Assembly: GCF_035084215.1 (NCBI RefSeq)
Contig: NC_090334.1
Coordinates: 70,990,001 to 71,054,000, forward strand
Direction: 5' to 3'
Length of the DNA stretch: 64,000 bases
DNA from: Heptranchias perlo
Taxonomy: Eukaryota
Shown here: one piece after another, positions 11,392 to 24,600 of the stretch
Layout of the letters: the number at the start of each line of letters is the position of its first letter
How positions within the stretch are numbered: position 1 is the stretch's first letter
Notes under the pieces: model-generated
Databases searched by the model: none
The model's input: the letters and a program-made list of their open reading frames with translations, nothing else
Told to the model about the DNA's origin: nothing
Translations under genes and position numbers: made by a program

Positions 11392-12060
11392 AGTAAGGGG
11401 CACCCACGTGAGATAGAGAACGAGGATCCACAGAAACTGATCCTATCCAACAGGTACAATGTACTTGCTACTTGGAAGGACAACTGGAATGCTAACCATG
11501 GCACTCTGGAACAGGAAGCTTCCGAAAGGGGGGAGGAGGAGGAGAAGCATGATGTGGTAATTGTAGGGGATTCAATAATTAGGGGGACAGATAGCATCCT
11601 TTGTAAGCAGGATCGAAAGTCCCACATGGTAAGTTGCCTACCTGATGCCAGGGTGAGGGACATCTCAAACCGACTTGAAAGGATGTTGGAGAGGGAGGGG
11701 GAGGATCCAGTCATTGTGGTCCATGTTGGGACCACCAACATAGGAAAAAGTGGACAAGAGGTCCTGGTCAGAGGGTACCAGGAGCTCGGAACTAAATTTA
11801 AAAAAATAGGCCCTCAAGGGTTATAATCTCTGGATTATTATACGAGCCATGTGCAAATTGGTGTTGGGATAGCAGATTCGGGAGGTGAACACGTGGCCAA
11901 AGGAGTGGTGTGGGAAAGAGGGGTTCCATTGCATGGGACATTAGCACCAGTTCTAGGAAGGAAGGTACTTTACCATTGGGATGGGCTCCACCTGAAATGA
12001 GCTGGGACCAGGGTCCTAGCAGAAAGGATAAATAGGGCAGTCACAAGGACTTTAAACTAG
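11392..12060 (+). pseudogene. CR1 ORF1 SGNH/GDSL esterase-like domain (frameshifted)
   Basis: VIVGDSIIRG...CLPDARVRD...VVHVGTTNIGK, later HWDGLHL, ending RTLN*. Confidence 0.85.
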
Positions 12061-13905
12061 TAAATGGGGGAGGGCTCAGGTGGAAAACGTAGTATAAATA
12101 ATAATTCTAAAACAAACTAAAAGGAAGAGAGTAGAGTGATAGAAATCATGCTTTAGGCACTACAGGTAAAGGGAAAACTAAAAGATATAAAGTAATTAAA
12201 TCAGGAGAGAAATAAGAAATGAGAAAAACAACATTAGAGCAGAAGGACAGGTTAGGGCGTGTGGCCCAAATAAACGTTCTTTATACAAACGCACGGAGTA
12301 TAAGGAACAAACTGAATGAATTACAGGCGCAAATTCAACTTAGAGGGTACGACATGGTAGCCATTACTGAGACATGGCTGCAAGATGGTCAGGACTGGGA
12401 ACTGAATGTACCAGGTTATAAGGTCTATAGGAAAGAGAGGGAAACTGATAGAGGCTGAGGAGTAGCCTTAGTGATTAAGGATGAAATTACTTCAATGATA
12501 AGAGAGGAAATATGGAGAGGTAAGCTGGCAGTGGGGACTTTATGGGTAGAATTAAGAAATAGAAAAGGATTTAAGACTGTAGTGGAAGTTGTGAATAGGC
12601 CCCCTGGTAGCAGCTGTGAAGCAGCAGAATGTATAAATGCAGAGATTAGACAAGCATGTAGCAAAGGCAGAGTGGTTTTAATGGGGGATTTTAACTTTTA
12701 TATAGATTGAGATAAGCAGACAAGCTCATGTTAGAAAGGTAGTGAGTTTCTTGAGTGTATTCTGGACAGCTTTCTGCAACAAGGGGGCAGGCCATATTAG
12801 ATTTAATAATGAGTAATGAGCCAGATTTAGTTAACAGCCTAACGGTGTGCGAACATTTATCTAATAGTGATCATAAAATGATCGTGTTCAACGTTGTGTT
12901 TGAAAGGAAGAATCTGTATCAGCTACTAAGATTCTAAATTTAGGTAAGGCCGACTTCAATGGGATGAGGCAGAGACTGCCCATTGTAAACTGGGCAAATC
13001 CGTTAATGGGTAAAACGACAGAAGATCAATGGGAGGTATTCATAAAAGAATTGAATGTGATAAAGAACCAGTTTATACCCTAAGGGGCAAGAGCTCTACT
13101 TGTCAAAAGAAACAGCCATAAATGACAGAAGAGGTAAAGGGACAATATAAAATTAAAAGAAAAAGCATACAAAAATACAAAAAATAGCACAGATCCTCGT
13201 GACTGGGAGACATACAAAGAACAGTAAAGGGTGACAAAACAGATAGTAAGATCTACAAAAACGGAATGTGGAAAGAAACTTGCAAGGAAAATCAAAATCA
13301 GCTTAATGCTGATTTTGATTTTCCTTGCAAGTACATTAGGAAATAGAGGGTGGTCAAGAGCAATGTGGGCCTCTTAAAAACTGATAATGGTGATATTGTA
13401 AATGAAAATAAGGAAATGGCAGACATGTTAAATAATTACTTTGCATCAGTATTTACAGCAGAGGAAGAGGATAGCTTGTCAGACACCCCAAGGAAACTAA
13501 TTTTGAATCAGGGATAGGGACTCACCATAATTAACGTAAGGAAATTAACAGTAATGAAGAAAATAATGGCACTAAAGAGTGACAAATCCCCAGGGCCAGA
13601 TGGTTTCCATCCCAGGGTTTTAAAGGAAGTAGGTGAGCACATTGCAGATGCCTTAACTATAATCTTCCAAAGTTCTCTTGATTCAGGAACTGTTCCTTTA
13701 GATTGGAAAATTGCACATCACTCCACTATTTAAGAAAGGTGGGAGAGGGAAATCAGGGAATCGTAGATCAGTTAGCCTAACATCTGTTGTCGTGAAATTA
13801 CTAGCATCTAGAATTAAGATGTGGAGATGCCGGTGATGGACTGGGGTGGACAAATGTAAGGAATCTTACAACACCAGGTTATAGTCCAACAAATTTATTT
13901 TAAAA

Positions 13906-13942
13906 TCACAAGCTTTCGGAGATTATCCCCTTCGTCAGGTGA
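13906..13942 (-). ncRNA. Minimal type I hammerhead ribozyme (Penelope terminal repeat)
   Basis: Minus strand reads TCAC-CTGACGA-A-GGGGA-TAA-TCTCC-GAAA-GC-TT-GTGA. Stem I is TCAC/GTGA, stem II is GGGGA/TCTCC, and a palindromic AAGCTT replaces stem III. Confidence 0.75.
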
Positions 13943-14174
13943 ATGAGTGAAAGGTTCTCAAATCGCATATCTTATATTAGGCTGGGAAACCATCACACCA
14001 ATCAAAAGGTGTCGTTGGTGTTCAGACAGATTAGCCACGGAGAACAGTACATCCCAGTACACTGAATATACATTGTGTCAAATTACACAGACAGAGAGAA
14101 AGAGACCCAAATGGCAGAGAGAGAGAGAGAGAATATTAAAAACAGATAACTTTTTTTCCCCCTTGCTGGTGGGG

Positions 14175-14557
14175 TTACGTGTAGCGTGACATGAACCCAA
14201 GATCCCGGTTGAGGCCGTCCTCATGGGTGCGGAACTTGGCTATCAATTTTTGCTCGACAATTTTGCGTTGTCGTGTGTCTCGAAGGCCAACTTGGAGAAC
14301 GCTTACCCGAAGATCGGTGGCTGAATGTCCTTGACTGCTAAAGTGTTCCCCGACTGGGAGGGAACCCTCCTGTCTGGCGATTGTTGCGCGGTGTCCGTTC
14401 ATCCGTTGTCGCAGTGTCTGCATGGTCTCGCCAATGTACCATGCTCCGGGGCATCCTTTCCTGCAACGTATGAGGTAGACAACATTGGCCGAGTCACAGG
14501 AGTATGAACCATGTACCTGGTGGGTGGTGTCCTCTCGTGTGATGGTGGTATCCGTGT
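14175..14557 (-). pseudogene. Penelope GIY-YIG endonuclease domain (C-terminal part of the PLE ORF)
   Basis: SCDSANVVYLIRCRKGCPGAWYIGETMQTLRQRMNGH...VGEHF...EQKLIAKFRTHEDGLNRD. Confidence 0.9.
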
Positions 14558-14925
14558 CTTCAGGTAAGCGTTCTCCAAGTCGGCCTTCGAGACACACGAC
14601 AACGCAAAATCATCGAGCAGATATTGATAGCCAAGTTCCGCACCCATGAGGACGGCCTCAACCGGGATCTTGGGTTCATGTCACGCTACACGTAACCCCA
14701 CCAGCAAGGGGAAAAAAAAGTTATCTGTTTTTAATATTCTCTCTCTCTCTCTGCCATTTGGGTCTCTTTCTCTCTGTCTGTATAATTTGACACAATGTAT
14801 ATTCAGTGTACTGGGACGTACTGTTCTCCGTCGCTAATCTGTCTAACACCAACGACACCTTTTGATTGGTGTGATAGTGTCCCCAGCCTAATATAAGATA
14901 TGCGATTTGAGAACCTTTCACTCAT

Positions 14926-14962
14926 TCACCTGACGAAGGGGATAATCTCCGAAAGCTTGTGA
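14926..14962 (+). ncRNA. Minimal type I hammerhead ribozyme (Penelope terminal repeat)
   Basis: TCAC CTGACGA AGGGGATAATCTCC GAAAGCTT GTGA, an inverted copy of 13906-13942. Confidence 0.75.
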
Positions 14963-16198
14963 TTTTAAAATAAATTTGTTGGACTGTAACCTGGTGTTGT
15001 AAGATTTCTTACATCTATAATTAAGGATAGAGTGACTGAACACCTTGAAAATTTCAGCTGATCAGAGAGAGCCAGTATGGATTTGTAAAGGGTAGGTCAT
15101 GCCTGATGAACCTGATTGAATTTTTTGAAGAGGTGACTAAAGTAGCGAACAGGGGAATATCTATGGATATTGTTTATATAGACTTCCAGAAGGTATTCGA
15201 TAAAGTCCCTCATAAGAGATTGTTAGCTAAAGTTGAAGCTCATGGAGTTGAGGGCAATTTATTGACCTGGTTAGGAAATTAGCTGAGCGGCAGGAAGCAG
15301 AGAGTAGGGATAATGGGCAGGTACTCAAATTGGCAGAATGAGACTAGTGGTGTCCCACAGGGATCTGTGTTGGGGCCTCAACTATTCACTTAGATGACGG
15401 GACAGAGAACCTCGTATCCAAGTTTGCCGATGACACAAAGATAGGCAGCATTGTAAGCAGTGTAGATGGAAGCATAAAATTACAGAGAGATATTAATAGA
15501 TTAAGTGAATGGGCAAAACTGTGGCAAATAAATTTCATTGTAGGCAAATGTGAGGTCATCCACTTTGGACCTAAAAAGGATAGATCAGAGTACTTTCTAA
15601 ATAGTGAAAAGCTTGAAACAGTGGAGGTCGAAAGAGACTTAGAGGTCCATATACATAAATCATTAAAATGTTATGGACAGGTACAGAAAATAATCGAAAA
15701 GGCTAATGGAATGCTGGCCTTTATATCTAGAGGACTAGAATACAAGAGGGTAGAAGTTATGCTACAGCTATACAAAGCCATGGTTAGACCACACCTGGAG
15801 TACTGTGTTCAGTTCTGAGCACTGCACCCTAGGAAGGATATATTGGCCTTGGAGGGAGTGCAGCATAGATTTACTCGAATGATACCTGGATTCCAAGATT
15901 TAAATTACGAGGAGAGATTACACAAACTAGGGTTGTATTCCCTGGAATTTAGAAGATTAAGGGGTGATTTTATCAAAGTTATCAAGATGTTAAGGTGAAC
16001 TGATAGTTTCACTCTATCTACCCTATTTCCACTGGTTGGGGAGTCTAGGACTAGGGGACATAGCCTAAAAATTAGAGCCAGGACTTTGAGGAGTGAAGTT
16101 AGGAAACAGTTCTACACACAAAGGGTGGTAGAAGTTTGGAACTCTCTTCCGCAAACGGCAGTTGATGATAGTTCAATTGTTAATTTTAAATCTGAGAT

Positions 16199-17348
16199 GG
16201 TAGGTTGTTACATAAGGTTAAATCTCACGGGATCCAAGGTGAGGTAGCCAATTGGATACAAAATTGGATTGACGACAGAAGACAGAGAGTGGTTGTAGAG
16301 GGTTGTTTTTCAAACTGGAGGCCTGTGACCAGCGGTGTGCCTCAGGGATCGGTGCTGGGTCCGCTGTTATTTGTTATTTATATTAATGATTTGGATGAGA
16401 ATTTAGGAGGCATGGTTAGTAAGTTTGCATATGACACCAAGATTGGTGGCATTGTGGACAGTGAAGAAGGTTATCTAGGATTGCAACGGGATCTTGATCA
16501 ATTGGGCCAGTGGGCCGATGAATGGCAGATGGAGTTTAATTTAGATAAATGTGAGGTGATGCATTTTGGTAGATCGAATCGGGCCAGGACCTACTCCGTT
16601 AATGGTAGGGCGTTGGGGAGAGTTATAGAACAAAGAGATCTAGGAGTACAGGTTCATAGCTCCTTGAAAGTGGAGTCACAGGTGGATAGGGTGGTGAAGA
16701 AGGCATTCAGCATGCTTGGTTTCATTGGTCAGAACATTGAATACAGGAGTTGGGATGTCTTGTTGAAGTTGTACAAGACATTAGTAAGGCCACACTTGGA
16801 ATACTGTGTACAGTTCTGGTCACCCTATTATAGAAAGGATATTATTAAACTAGAAAGAGTGCAGAAAAGATTTACTAGGATGCTACCGGGACTTGATGGT
16901 TTGACTTATAGGGAGAGGTTAGATAGACTGGGACTTTTTACTGGAGAGTAGGAGGTTTCGGGGTGATCTTATAGAAGTCTATAAAATAATGAGGGGCATA
17001 GATAAGGTAGATAGTCAAAATCTTTTCCCAAAGGTAGGGGAGTCTATAACGAGGGGGCATAGATTTAAGGTGAGAGTGGAGAGATACAAAAGGGTCCAGA
17101 GGGGCAATTTTTTCACTCAAAGGGTGGTGAGTGTCTGGAACGAGCTGCCAGAGGCAGTAATAGAGGCGGGTACAATTTTGTCTTTTAAAAAGCATTTGGA
17201 CAGTTACATGGGTAAGATGGGTATAGAGGGATATGGGCCAAGTGCAGGCAATTGGGACTAGCTTAGTGGTATAAACTGGGCGACATGGACATGTTGGGCC
17301 GAAGGGCCTGTTTCCATGTTGTAAACTTCTATGATTCTATGATTCTAT
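16199..17348 (+). mobile_element. 5'-truncated CR1 (third subfamily) nested near the 3' end of the host CR1
   Basis: 248-aa RT fragment (GVPQGSVLGP; SKFAYDT with a mutated catalytic Asp), the C-terminal ORF 16989-17261, and a (GATTCTAT)n tail. Confidence 0.9.
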
Positions 17349-18799
17349 AATAGATTTTTGTTAACCAAAGGTATTAAGAGATATAGGGCTAAGGCGGATA
17401 TATGGAATGAGGTCACAGTTCAGCCATGATCTCACTGAATAGCAGAACAGGCTCGAGGGGCTAAATGTCCTACTCCTGTTCCTATGTTCTTATGTTTCCA
17501 AATATATATTATATCCTTCAACTTTCCCTCTATTTTCCCCCCTTGTAGTTTTGCTGGTCTATGTCAGCTCATCAATCCAGAGAGCATTCAAGTTACCTAC
17601 TGCCAGGTTTCCTACCATTGTTGCTGTTAGCCAGCTAGTAAGAGATAAACGAGAGTGGCCAGGTGATTGTAAAATATTTGAAGCAGTGGTCAGTCCTTGG
17701 AGTGGGTTGTGTACAACTTGCACTGTCAGATTCCCCACCTTATTTAGTCTCCTGAGCAAGGTAAACGTTTTAAGATAAGCCTCCAAAATTTCTCCTGAAC
17801 CACCATAGATGATCAAGCAAAAACTCCAAGTTTTTGGTCTAATGTTGCAATATATTCAACGCTAACTAATTGCACTCCACCAATTGTGTTTCTGAGAAGA
17901 CTTATTTTAATTGAATATTACATCTGTTATGCTTCAAATCTCCCTCACAGTCTTCTGTAGATTATTTGATACTTGTTGTTTTAATCCTCAGTTTCTTTAC
18001 CAATCAGATATTTGTCCAATTCCTTAATACAGGAATCAACCAACAGAATACTAAACCTTTTTAATGAGAGCTTATTCTACTTATTTATGTGGGAGAAGAT
18101 TTCTTCTAACCTGCCTTTTTATTTTCGCCCTATCTAATCATTTCAGTCATCTTAAATGGCTTCTCTCTGTTTCCCAATCCTCATTACTTTTTTAATTCCT
18201 TTTATCTTCCAAGTTTGTTCTGACTTCATTCATATGGGCTCGGTCTTGCTAAGTTTCTCAGTGATAATAGTTTAACACATTTCTTAAGGTGCCATTCATC
18301 TTCCACCAGCACCTTGGACAGATGCTCTATAGAAAGTCAGCTAGGAGTGCGTTAAAATCAATGTTTGCAATATTTAATACTGGTTTAGTTTAAATGACCA
18401 TTCCAGTGGCATTGGACGGACCAAAATCAATGTTTGATTATCTCCCTGCTGCCTTTCCAGTATATGCATCCCATCTCCGGTGAGTGAGAGAGAGAGGGAG
18501 ACTGAATGTTCCAGAATGAATTGTGTTCATTCACTTTTTTCTTTGGCTTGTTAAGCAGGTGCAGCTCTAATGAGGGCGTGTAGTGGCACCTTGACTTCCA
18601 ATGACAAAGCTTCCTGCTGGTATGTCTTGGGTTTCGAACATTCCTCATATGTACCTCTTACTCCAAAGCAAAAAAGATTTTTAGAAGTCTGTCGACCTTT
18701 CAGTGAAAGTAATCTGTGATTTTATTCAAGGGATTTGTGCACAGTAATGGCTGAGTAACATGCTCTCCATAATCAGAGATAATCCAAAAAAGCTTAGTG

Positions 18800-19110
18800 A
18801 GAGGGAGGTGTTAAATAGTATAAAAGGACTCAAAACTCAGGAATGGATGGCATTTATCCTAAGACACTAAGAGAGATGTGGGATGAAATTTGTGAGGTGC
18901 TGGTAATCACCATGAAGGAGTTGGTGTATGCTGGGGAGGACATGCTATATTAGAAACAAGCAAACATGGGACCTATTTTTTCCAAAAAAAGGTGATAAAA
19001 TATACCCAGACAAGTGTAGACCCACTAATGCTGCATCAGTAATGGATAAAATAAAGGAACTAATTTTCAGGATTAACAATGAGGATTACTTATGTCATAA
19101 TTGCCTAGTA
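18800..19110 (+). mobile_element. Old CR1 ORF2 fragment
   Basis: Degenerate DGIYPKTLRE and FPKKGDK.YPDKCRP, equivalent to FKKG...NYRP. Confidence 0.6.
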
Positions 19111-19114
19111 AATT

Positions 19115-19435
19115 AAAATTTTAAAATTCTCATCCTAGTTTTCAAATCTCTCCATAGCCTTGTCCCATCCTATCTCTGTAACCTCCTCCAGCCCCACAAG
19201 CCTCCAAGATCTCTGCACTCCTCCAGTTCTGGCCTCTAGCCTATCCCCGATTTTCATTGCTCCACCATTGGCGGCCGTGCCTTCAGCTGCCTAGGTCCTA
19301 ACCTGTGGAATTCCCTCCCTAAACCTCCCTGCCTCTCTACCTCTCTCTCTTCCTTTAAGACTCTCCTTAAAACCTACCTCACCTGTCCTAATACCTCCTT
19401 ATATGGCTCGGTGTCAAATTTTGTTTGATAACGCT
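19115..19435 (+). mobile_element. L2-type LINE 3' region
   Basis: FKILILVFKSLH...GGRAFSCLGP.LWNSLP...SFKTLLKTYL. Same family as 26825-27130. Confidence 0.8.
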
Positions 19436-20384
19436 CTTCTTGTGATTGATCTATTTAGACATTTTTGCAGCAACATATATCTCAAAGGAGTAGGAAGCCC
19501 CAAAATGAGAGGCAGATAATTATTTATTGGGGAAAGAAGTACCGAAAAAGGCCAGCATAAGACAAAATAAACTACTATGGGTTTTAAATTTTAAAATTAA
19601 ATGTATTTAAGGATGAGGATTTATTCACAAAATGGCAGCAATAGATAAAATAAAAAAGAGTGCTCACATGCTGATCGTGTACTGGTTTGTGACACTGGCT
19701 CAATGTCAAATTCCCAGGCCCTCCAGCAGAATGAATTGAGATGTGACGCAAGTGTGACAGACCAATGGGCGGGCGGGAGGGGTGTGAGGGATGCAGAGGG
19801 GTTATTTTGGTGTCAGTCTCCTGACAACAAAAAAATGCTTTCAAATTCTTCTGTCTATGCTTGTAAGCAGCTTGTCAAAAAAATTCTGTTTTGGTTTTGA
19901 AATTTGTTATCCTCCAGATGGCACTTAGTGGCCTGCATAAAATGCACAAAGAAAATGGAAAATCAATTTGGAAAACATACTTTGCAATCTCACCATAGTG
20001 CTACGTAGTGGCCGAAGCCTGCAACTATATTGTAACAGGCAAAAGCTTACATGGGAAAACTACCGTTATAAATATTTATATAACATTTTGACATTGTAAA
20101 TATTGACATAAAATATCGTCTTACCAAAAATTGTGACAGTCGGAAGTTGGACAGGAAATTCATGCGTACAGAATATTTTTAATATATATAGATATAACTG
20201 ATTTAGTGGAGTACAGTTGGAGGCTATTCCATTAAATATATACAGTGCTCTACATAGCACACACCTTGCGTACTGTCTCAGTTTTGGTAATTGACACATA
20301 AGAGAGGTATTCAGCCCGCCACCCCTCCTCCGAGAAGGTACAGGGAGGAGCTAGGCTGATACCTAGAATCAAAGGAATGAGTTG

Positions 20385-20700
20385 TGAGGAAACGCTAGAG
20401 AAACTGGGCTATTCATTCTTGAAAGGAAGTGACTTAGAGGGCACCTCATCGAATATAAAATATAACAAATAGTATAATAAAAACCAAATACAGAACACTG
20501 CTTTGATAGGATAAGGCGGCAATTAGGACTGATGTGAAGAGGTTCTTCAAACAGAGAGTCAGCACATGGAATGAACTTCCAAGGAGGGGTAGTGGAAGTA
20601 AAAACTTTGGTATCGTTAAAGAAACAGTTTGATACAGTGATGGAGTTGGGGGAGGGTGGGGGGATTACAGTTTTTTCCAGCTGATTAGGCTTCCTCATGA
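20385..20700 (+). mobile_element. Old CR1 3' fragment
   Basis: Degenerate LEKLGLF...LRGHLIE...RFFKQRV..WNELP. Confidence 0.6.
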
Positions 20701-21320
20701 CTATCTATCTTGGGCTAGAACTCTGCCCATTCATAGTCAATGGGCAGAAAAGTTAGCAACATGTGACCTTGTGAGCTATAATTGAAACTCACTCCACTAC
20801 AGCATTGTCATTTTTTAAATATGCCACAATTTCCAACATAAATTTATTTCATTAATACTGATTAATAATATTGATTATTGACCTGCATAGCTTATAGAAC
20901 CAAGGAGGAATGGGGAGAGGAGAAAGCACTGTAATCATCTTTGATCTCTGGCTCCTGCATCTTTTCCCTCAACAGCAATTATAGACTTCTACTCAAATAC
21001 TTTTATCAAACCTAATGATAAATTTCAAATGCCGGAGACCCTTGAGACAGTCTTTAATGCCACTAGTCAATTCAGTGGAGAGAATACTGTTAGTAATTAT
21101 CTTCTGTTTCACATTATCAAGCCAATTTTATTACTCATTTTACAGCATTCACCTTTCACCTGTGAACTTCCACTTTAACCACAAATATTATGTGAGGAAT
21201 CATAACAGCCAGTTTTTGAATATCCCTACATCCAAAGAGCTTTAAAAATATTCCACTACAGCACTCTTTCCCCACGCCTCAAATATAAATACATTCCCTT
21301 TAGTCCTGATGGAATTTTTT

Positions 21321-21678
21321 TGAGGGGTATAGATAAGGTAGATAGTCAAAATCTTTTCCCAAAGGTAGGGGAGTCTATAACGAGGGGGCATAGATTTAAG
21401 GTGAGAGGGGAGAGATACAAAAGGGTCCAGAGGGGCAATTTTTTCACTCAAAGGGTGGTGAGTGTCTGGAACGAGCTGCCAGAGGCAGTAGTAGAGGCGG
21501 GTACAATTTTGTCTTTTAAAAAGCATTTGGACAGTTACATGGGTAAGATGGGTATAGAGGGATATGGGCCAAGTGCAGGCAACTGGGACTAGCTTAGTGG
21601 TATAAACTGGGCGACATGGACATGTTGGGCCGAAGGGCCTGTTTCCATGTTGTAAACTTCTATGATTCTATGATTCTA
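21321..21678 (+). mobile_element. CR1 3' end, near-identical to 16990-17348
   Basis: The two 90-aa translations differ at only 2 residues; (GATTCTAT)n tail. Confidence 0.9.
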
Positions 21679-22264
21679 ATTTTTGTGCCTTTAAGTTTTC
21701 CAGTAGCTTATTGGTCATTAACCTGGTGACAATTGTGATCTTGTTTGCATCCTGTACCAACCTCATACAGGATTCTGAAGAACACAGGGGTAAAATATAT
21801 GAAAAAAACAAGAAAATCATTAAAATTGAGTCACACTGTTATTGCCTCTCTCACCCTTAAAGGAGCCCCATTTTTTTTCTACATGCATAACACAATGGAT
21901 CTCTATTTAATTTCCCTAATTCTTTTCTGATTTGTTTTTCCACTCTTTCTTCTCTCAATTTTAAGTCATTCTTGCATAATTTCCAATCTTCTTCCTTTTC
22001 CTGTTTCCTGAAATAATTTGTAACAGTTTTTTTTATTTTACTTTATTGTAGCTTTAGCCCTCTGTTTTGTTTTGAGCAGGACTTGTTCAAAACTGTGGTA
22101 AGCAACGTGCTGTGGTGTTGTGAAATGGGGTTCTGTGTCTCTAAAGTTGTTGTACTGCATGCACTGGATTTCAAAGTTGCATTCTCATGCCTGAGTCATA
22201 AATCCTTAAGCTTTGCTCTGATAGAACATATCAACCCCCCCCAGTTCCTCCATTAGATTCCAGT

Positions 22265-23062
22265 CTGACAAGTGACAGGTAACTTTCGCATCACCTAAGA
22301 ATCAGGTAATGACTGTTTTGAACATGAGAAAGCCCAGCTATCTCCCCTTGGCCTTCAACAGCACCAGAATCACCAAATCCCCCACCACTAACATCTTGGA
22401 GGTCACCACTGACCAGGAGCTAACCTGGGTCAGCAATATCAATACTGTGGTTACAGGAGCAGGGCACAGGCTGGATACTCTGCAGCGAGTGGCTCAACTC
22501 CTGAACCCTCAAAGCCTCTCCACCATCCAGAGGTCTCAAGTCTAAGAGTGTTATGGAATAATCACCGTTCATATGGAAGGTTGCAGCCCCACAAAAACAC
22601 TCAAGAAACTCAAAATCATCCAGGACAGAACAATTCACTTGATAAGTGTCCCTGTCATTAGATTCAATATCCACCCCAACAAACTACTGGTGCACTATGG
22701 TTGCAGTCTGTATGATCTACAACATGCAATGCAGCAACTCACCTAGGTTATTTCAACAGCATCTCTCCCCTTCGCGATCTCTACCGCCGAGAAGGACAAG
22801 AGTAGCAACGTTGTGGGAAAACCATCACCCCAAATTTCCTTCCAAGTCACGCAATATCCTGACTTATATATCTCCATTCCTTTGTCGTCACTGGATAAAT
22901 ATCTTGGAGTCACTACCTAACAGCATTGTGGGAACAACCATCAGCACAAGGGCTGCAGTGGTTCAACAAGAAGGCCCATCATCACCTTCTCAGGGCAACT
23001 AGAGATAGGTATTAAATGTCCCCTTGCCAGCATCACCCACATCCTGAGAACAAATAAATAAA
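22265..23062 (+). mobile_element. Older 5'-truncated copy of LINE family B
   Basis: Diverged LPLAFN...NILEVTTDQELTW...PQSLSTI; tail CAGGGCAAC...TTGCCAGC...CCCACATCC followed by an A-rich end. Confidence 0.8.
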
Positions 23063-24384
23063 AGCCATTCCTGCAGATGCACGTACCTATATGTTAAACC
23101 ACTGAAAGCCTTCGATTAGATTAGTCTGTAATTCTCACCCGGGTATCACTTATTTTATCTCCATTTATATTTGTTTTTATTTATTTCTAAAAGGGTATTT
23201 AACTGTTGGTGGCAAAAGTGTTAATTTTTTTTTGAGTATTACGTCTCTGTACCAGGACCAGGTCAGCAAAGTCTGCTTGTTCCTCACAGCTGGCTGTGCA
23301 TAGCAGGAAATCCTGATTAGGCTGTCAGGATATTTCATATTCCTTAAAAACAATGGGATTAATGGTTTTTGGTGGAGTTTTCTGTCAGTATTTCTGATAT
23401 AGGATCCAGTTGATATAATTAAACAATATTCTGATACAACAGTTGCATCAATCATACTGGAGAGAGTAGGGAGGCAGTAGCCACAGGTGGCAGAAGGTTT
23501 CATATTAAATACAAATGTTTCCTTCCCTTTGAGACTGAATGTCATGGTTGTATTAGAATGTTCTGGGAAAAAAGTGTGTAACAATCGTGTTAAGGAAGAA
23601 AAATATTTTTTCATGCTCAGTGCAATTTTGTATTGTTACTGAGAGAATTGAAGATGATAGGACTCCAAACCAAAAGGAAACAAAACAAACTTATTATCCT
23701 CACCTTTCATAATCCTCACTATTTTAAGACCTTAAATAAATTGAATAATTAGAACTGATGACACCCATGCATGATGAGCCATGCGTTTGCATATCAGCTT
23801 TGACCAACATTTTGTGCCTGCATTTGTATCATTTTGGAGCTGAGTTGCTGGGCAGAGCATTGTATGGAAAGGAGTTACTTGATCAAAGGGAGCAGAAAGT
23901 GCCGGGGACCATACTGAGTGACATAGGATTGCTCTTTCTCAGGGTGGAGGTAAAACTAAGGATTGTTTGCATCCTACAGAAGAGTGGCTTCTAAGCAATA
24001 CTGACATTGACCATGGAGAACTAAGCTGCATTCCACTCACCCACTGGAAAGAGAAGATGTGGCCAGTGGTACATAGCTCTACTGGGCTTAATGCATCCAT
24101 AATGACAACTTCTCCTGAAGAAAATGTGTTCACATAAATAATTTTCAGTGCTGTCACACTGACCTGAGTGATAGAATGCTATATATATTCAATGGTACAC
24201 TGTGATACCCCTCGAGTATCAGCTGCCTCAGCTTGAACATGCATTTCCCCAGTTTTATTTCTTGAGGCTTTTTCCAGTTCCATTTTGCAACCAGGTATTA
24301 GGACATTGACAAAAGCAACCTGTGTTTGACCAACTCTCCAATTTAATGTCTATTCCCTCGCTGTATATTTATCCTGATCAATAT

Positions 24385-24600
24385 TCCTGGCCAATATTTA
24401 TCCCTCAACCAATATCACTAAAAAAGCAGATTATCTGGTCATTATCTCATTGCTGTTTGTGGGACCTTGCTCTGTGCAAATTGGCTACCGCGTTTCCTAC
24501 ATTACAACATTGACTGCACTTCAAAAAGTACATCATTGGCTGTAAAGTGCTTTGGGATGTCCTGAGGTCATGAAAGGCGCTAAATGAATGCAAGTTTTAC
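24385..24600 (+). mobile_element. Deu-domain SINE 3' part (SacSINE1-like)
   Basis: CCTGGCCAATATTTATCCCTCAACC...CATTGCTGTTTGTGGGA...TGTAAAGTGCTTTGGGATGTCC...GAAAGGCGCT tail. Confidence 0.75.

Larger units (their letters stand above)
13819..15011. mobile_element. Penelope-like retroelement: two 3' halves joined head-to-head
   Basis: Minus arm 13819-~14557 (GIY-YIG, 3' UTR, terminal extension) and plus arm ~14557-15011. Flanked by CATCTAGAATTAAG (13805-13818) and CATCTATAATTAAG (15012-15025), a 14-bp TSD-like duplication with one mismatch. Confidence 0.9.
12270..16198 (+). pseudogene. Host CR1 ORF2 (APE plus RT), many stops and frameshifts, split by a Penelope insertion at 13819-15011
   Basis: LYTNARSIRNK, AITETWL, LMGDFN, KSPGPDG, DFQKVFDKVPH, KFADDT and RPHLEYC motifs in order. 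Confidence 0.85.
8160..17497 (+). mobile_element. Full-length degenerate CR1 LINE (5' UTR, ORF1, ORF2, 3' UTR) interrupted by three nested insertions
   Basis: Collinear pieces: ORF1 at 8368-8622 and 11392-12060, ORF2 at ~12270-13818 and 15012-16198, and the 3' end at 17349-17497 with a TATGTTC-type tail. The same family is uninterrupted at 31186-31938, which confirms the 16198/17349 junction. The 5' boundary is approximate. Confidence 0.85.

Noticed and set aside
23177-23614. Long ORFs in AT-rich unique DNA (also 36836-37246, 42805-43235, 56813-57178)
   Set aside because: Composition mirrors AT-rich non-coding DNA, with no domain motifs.
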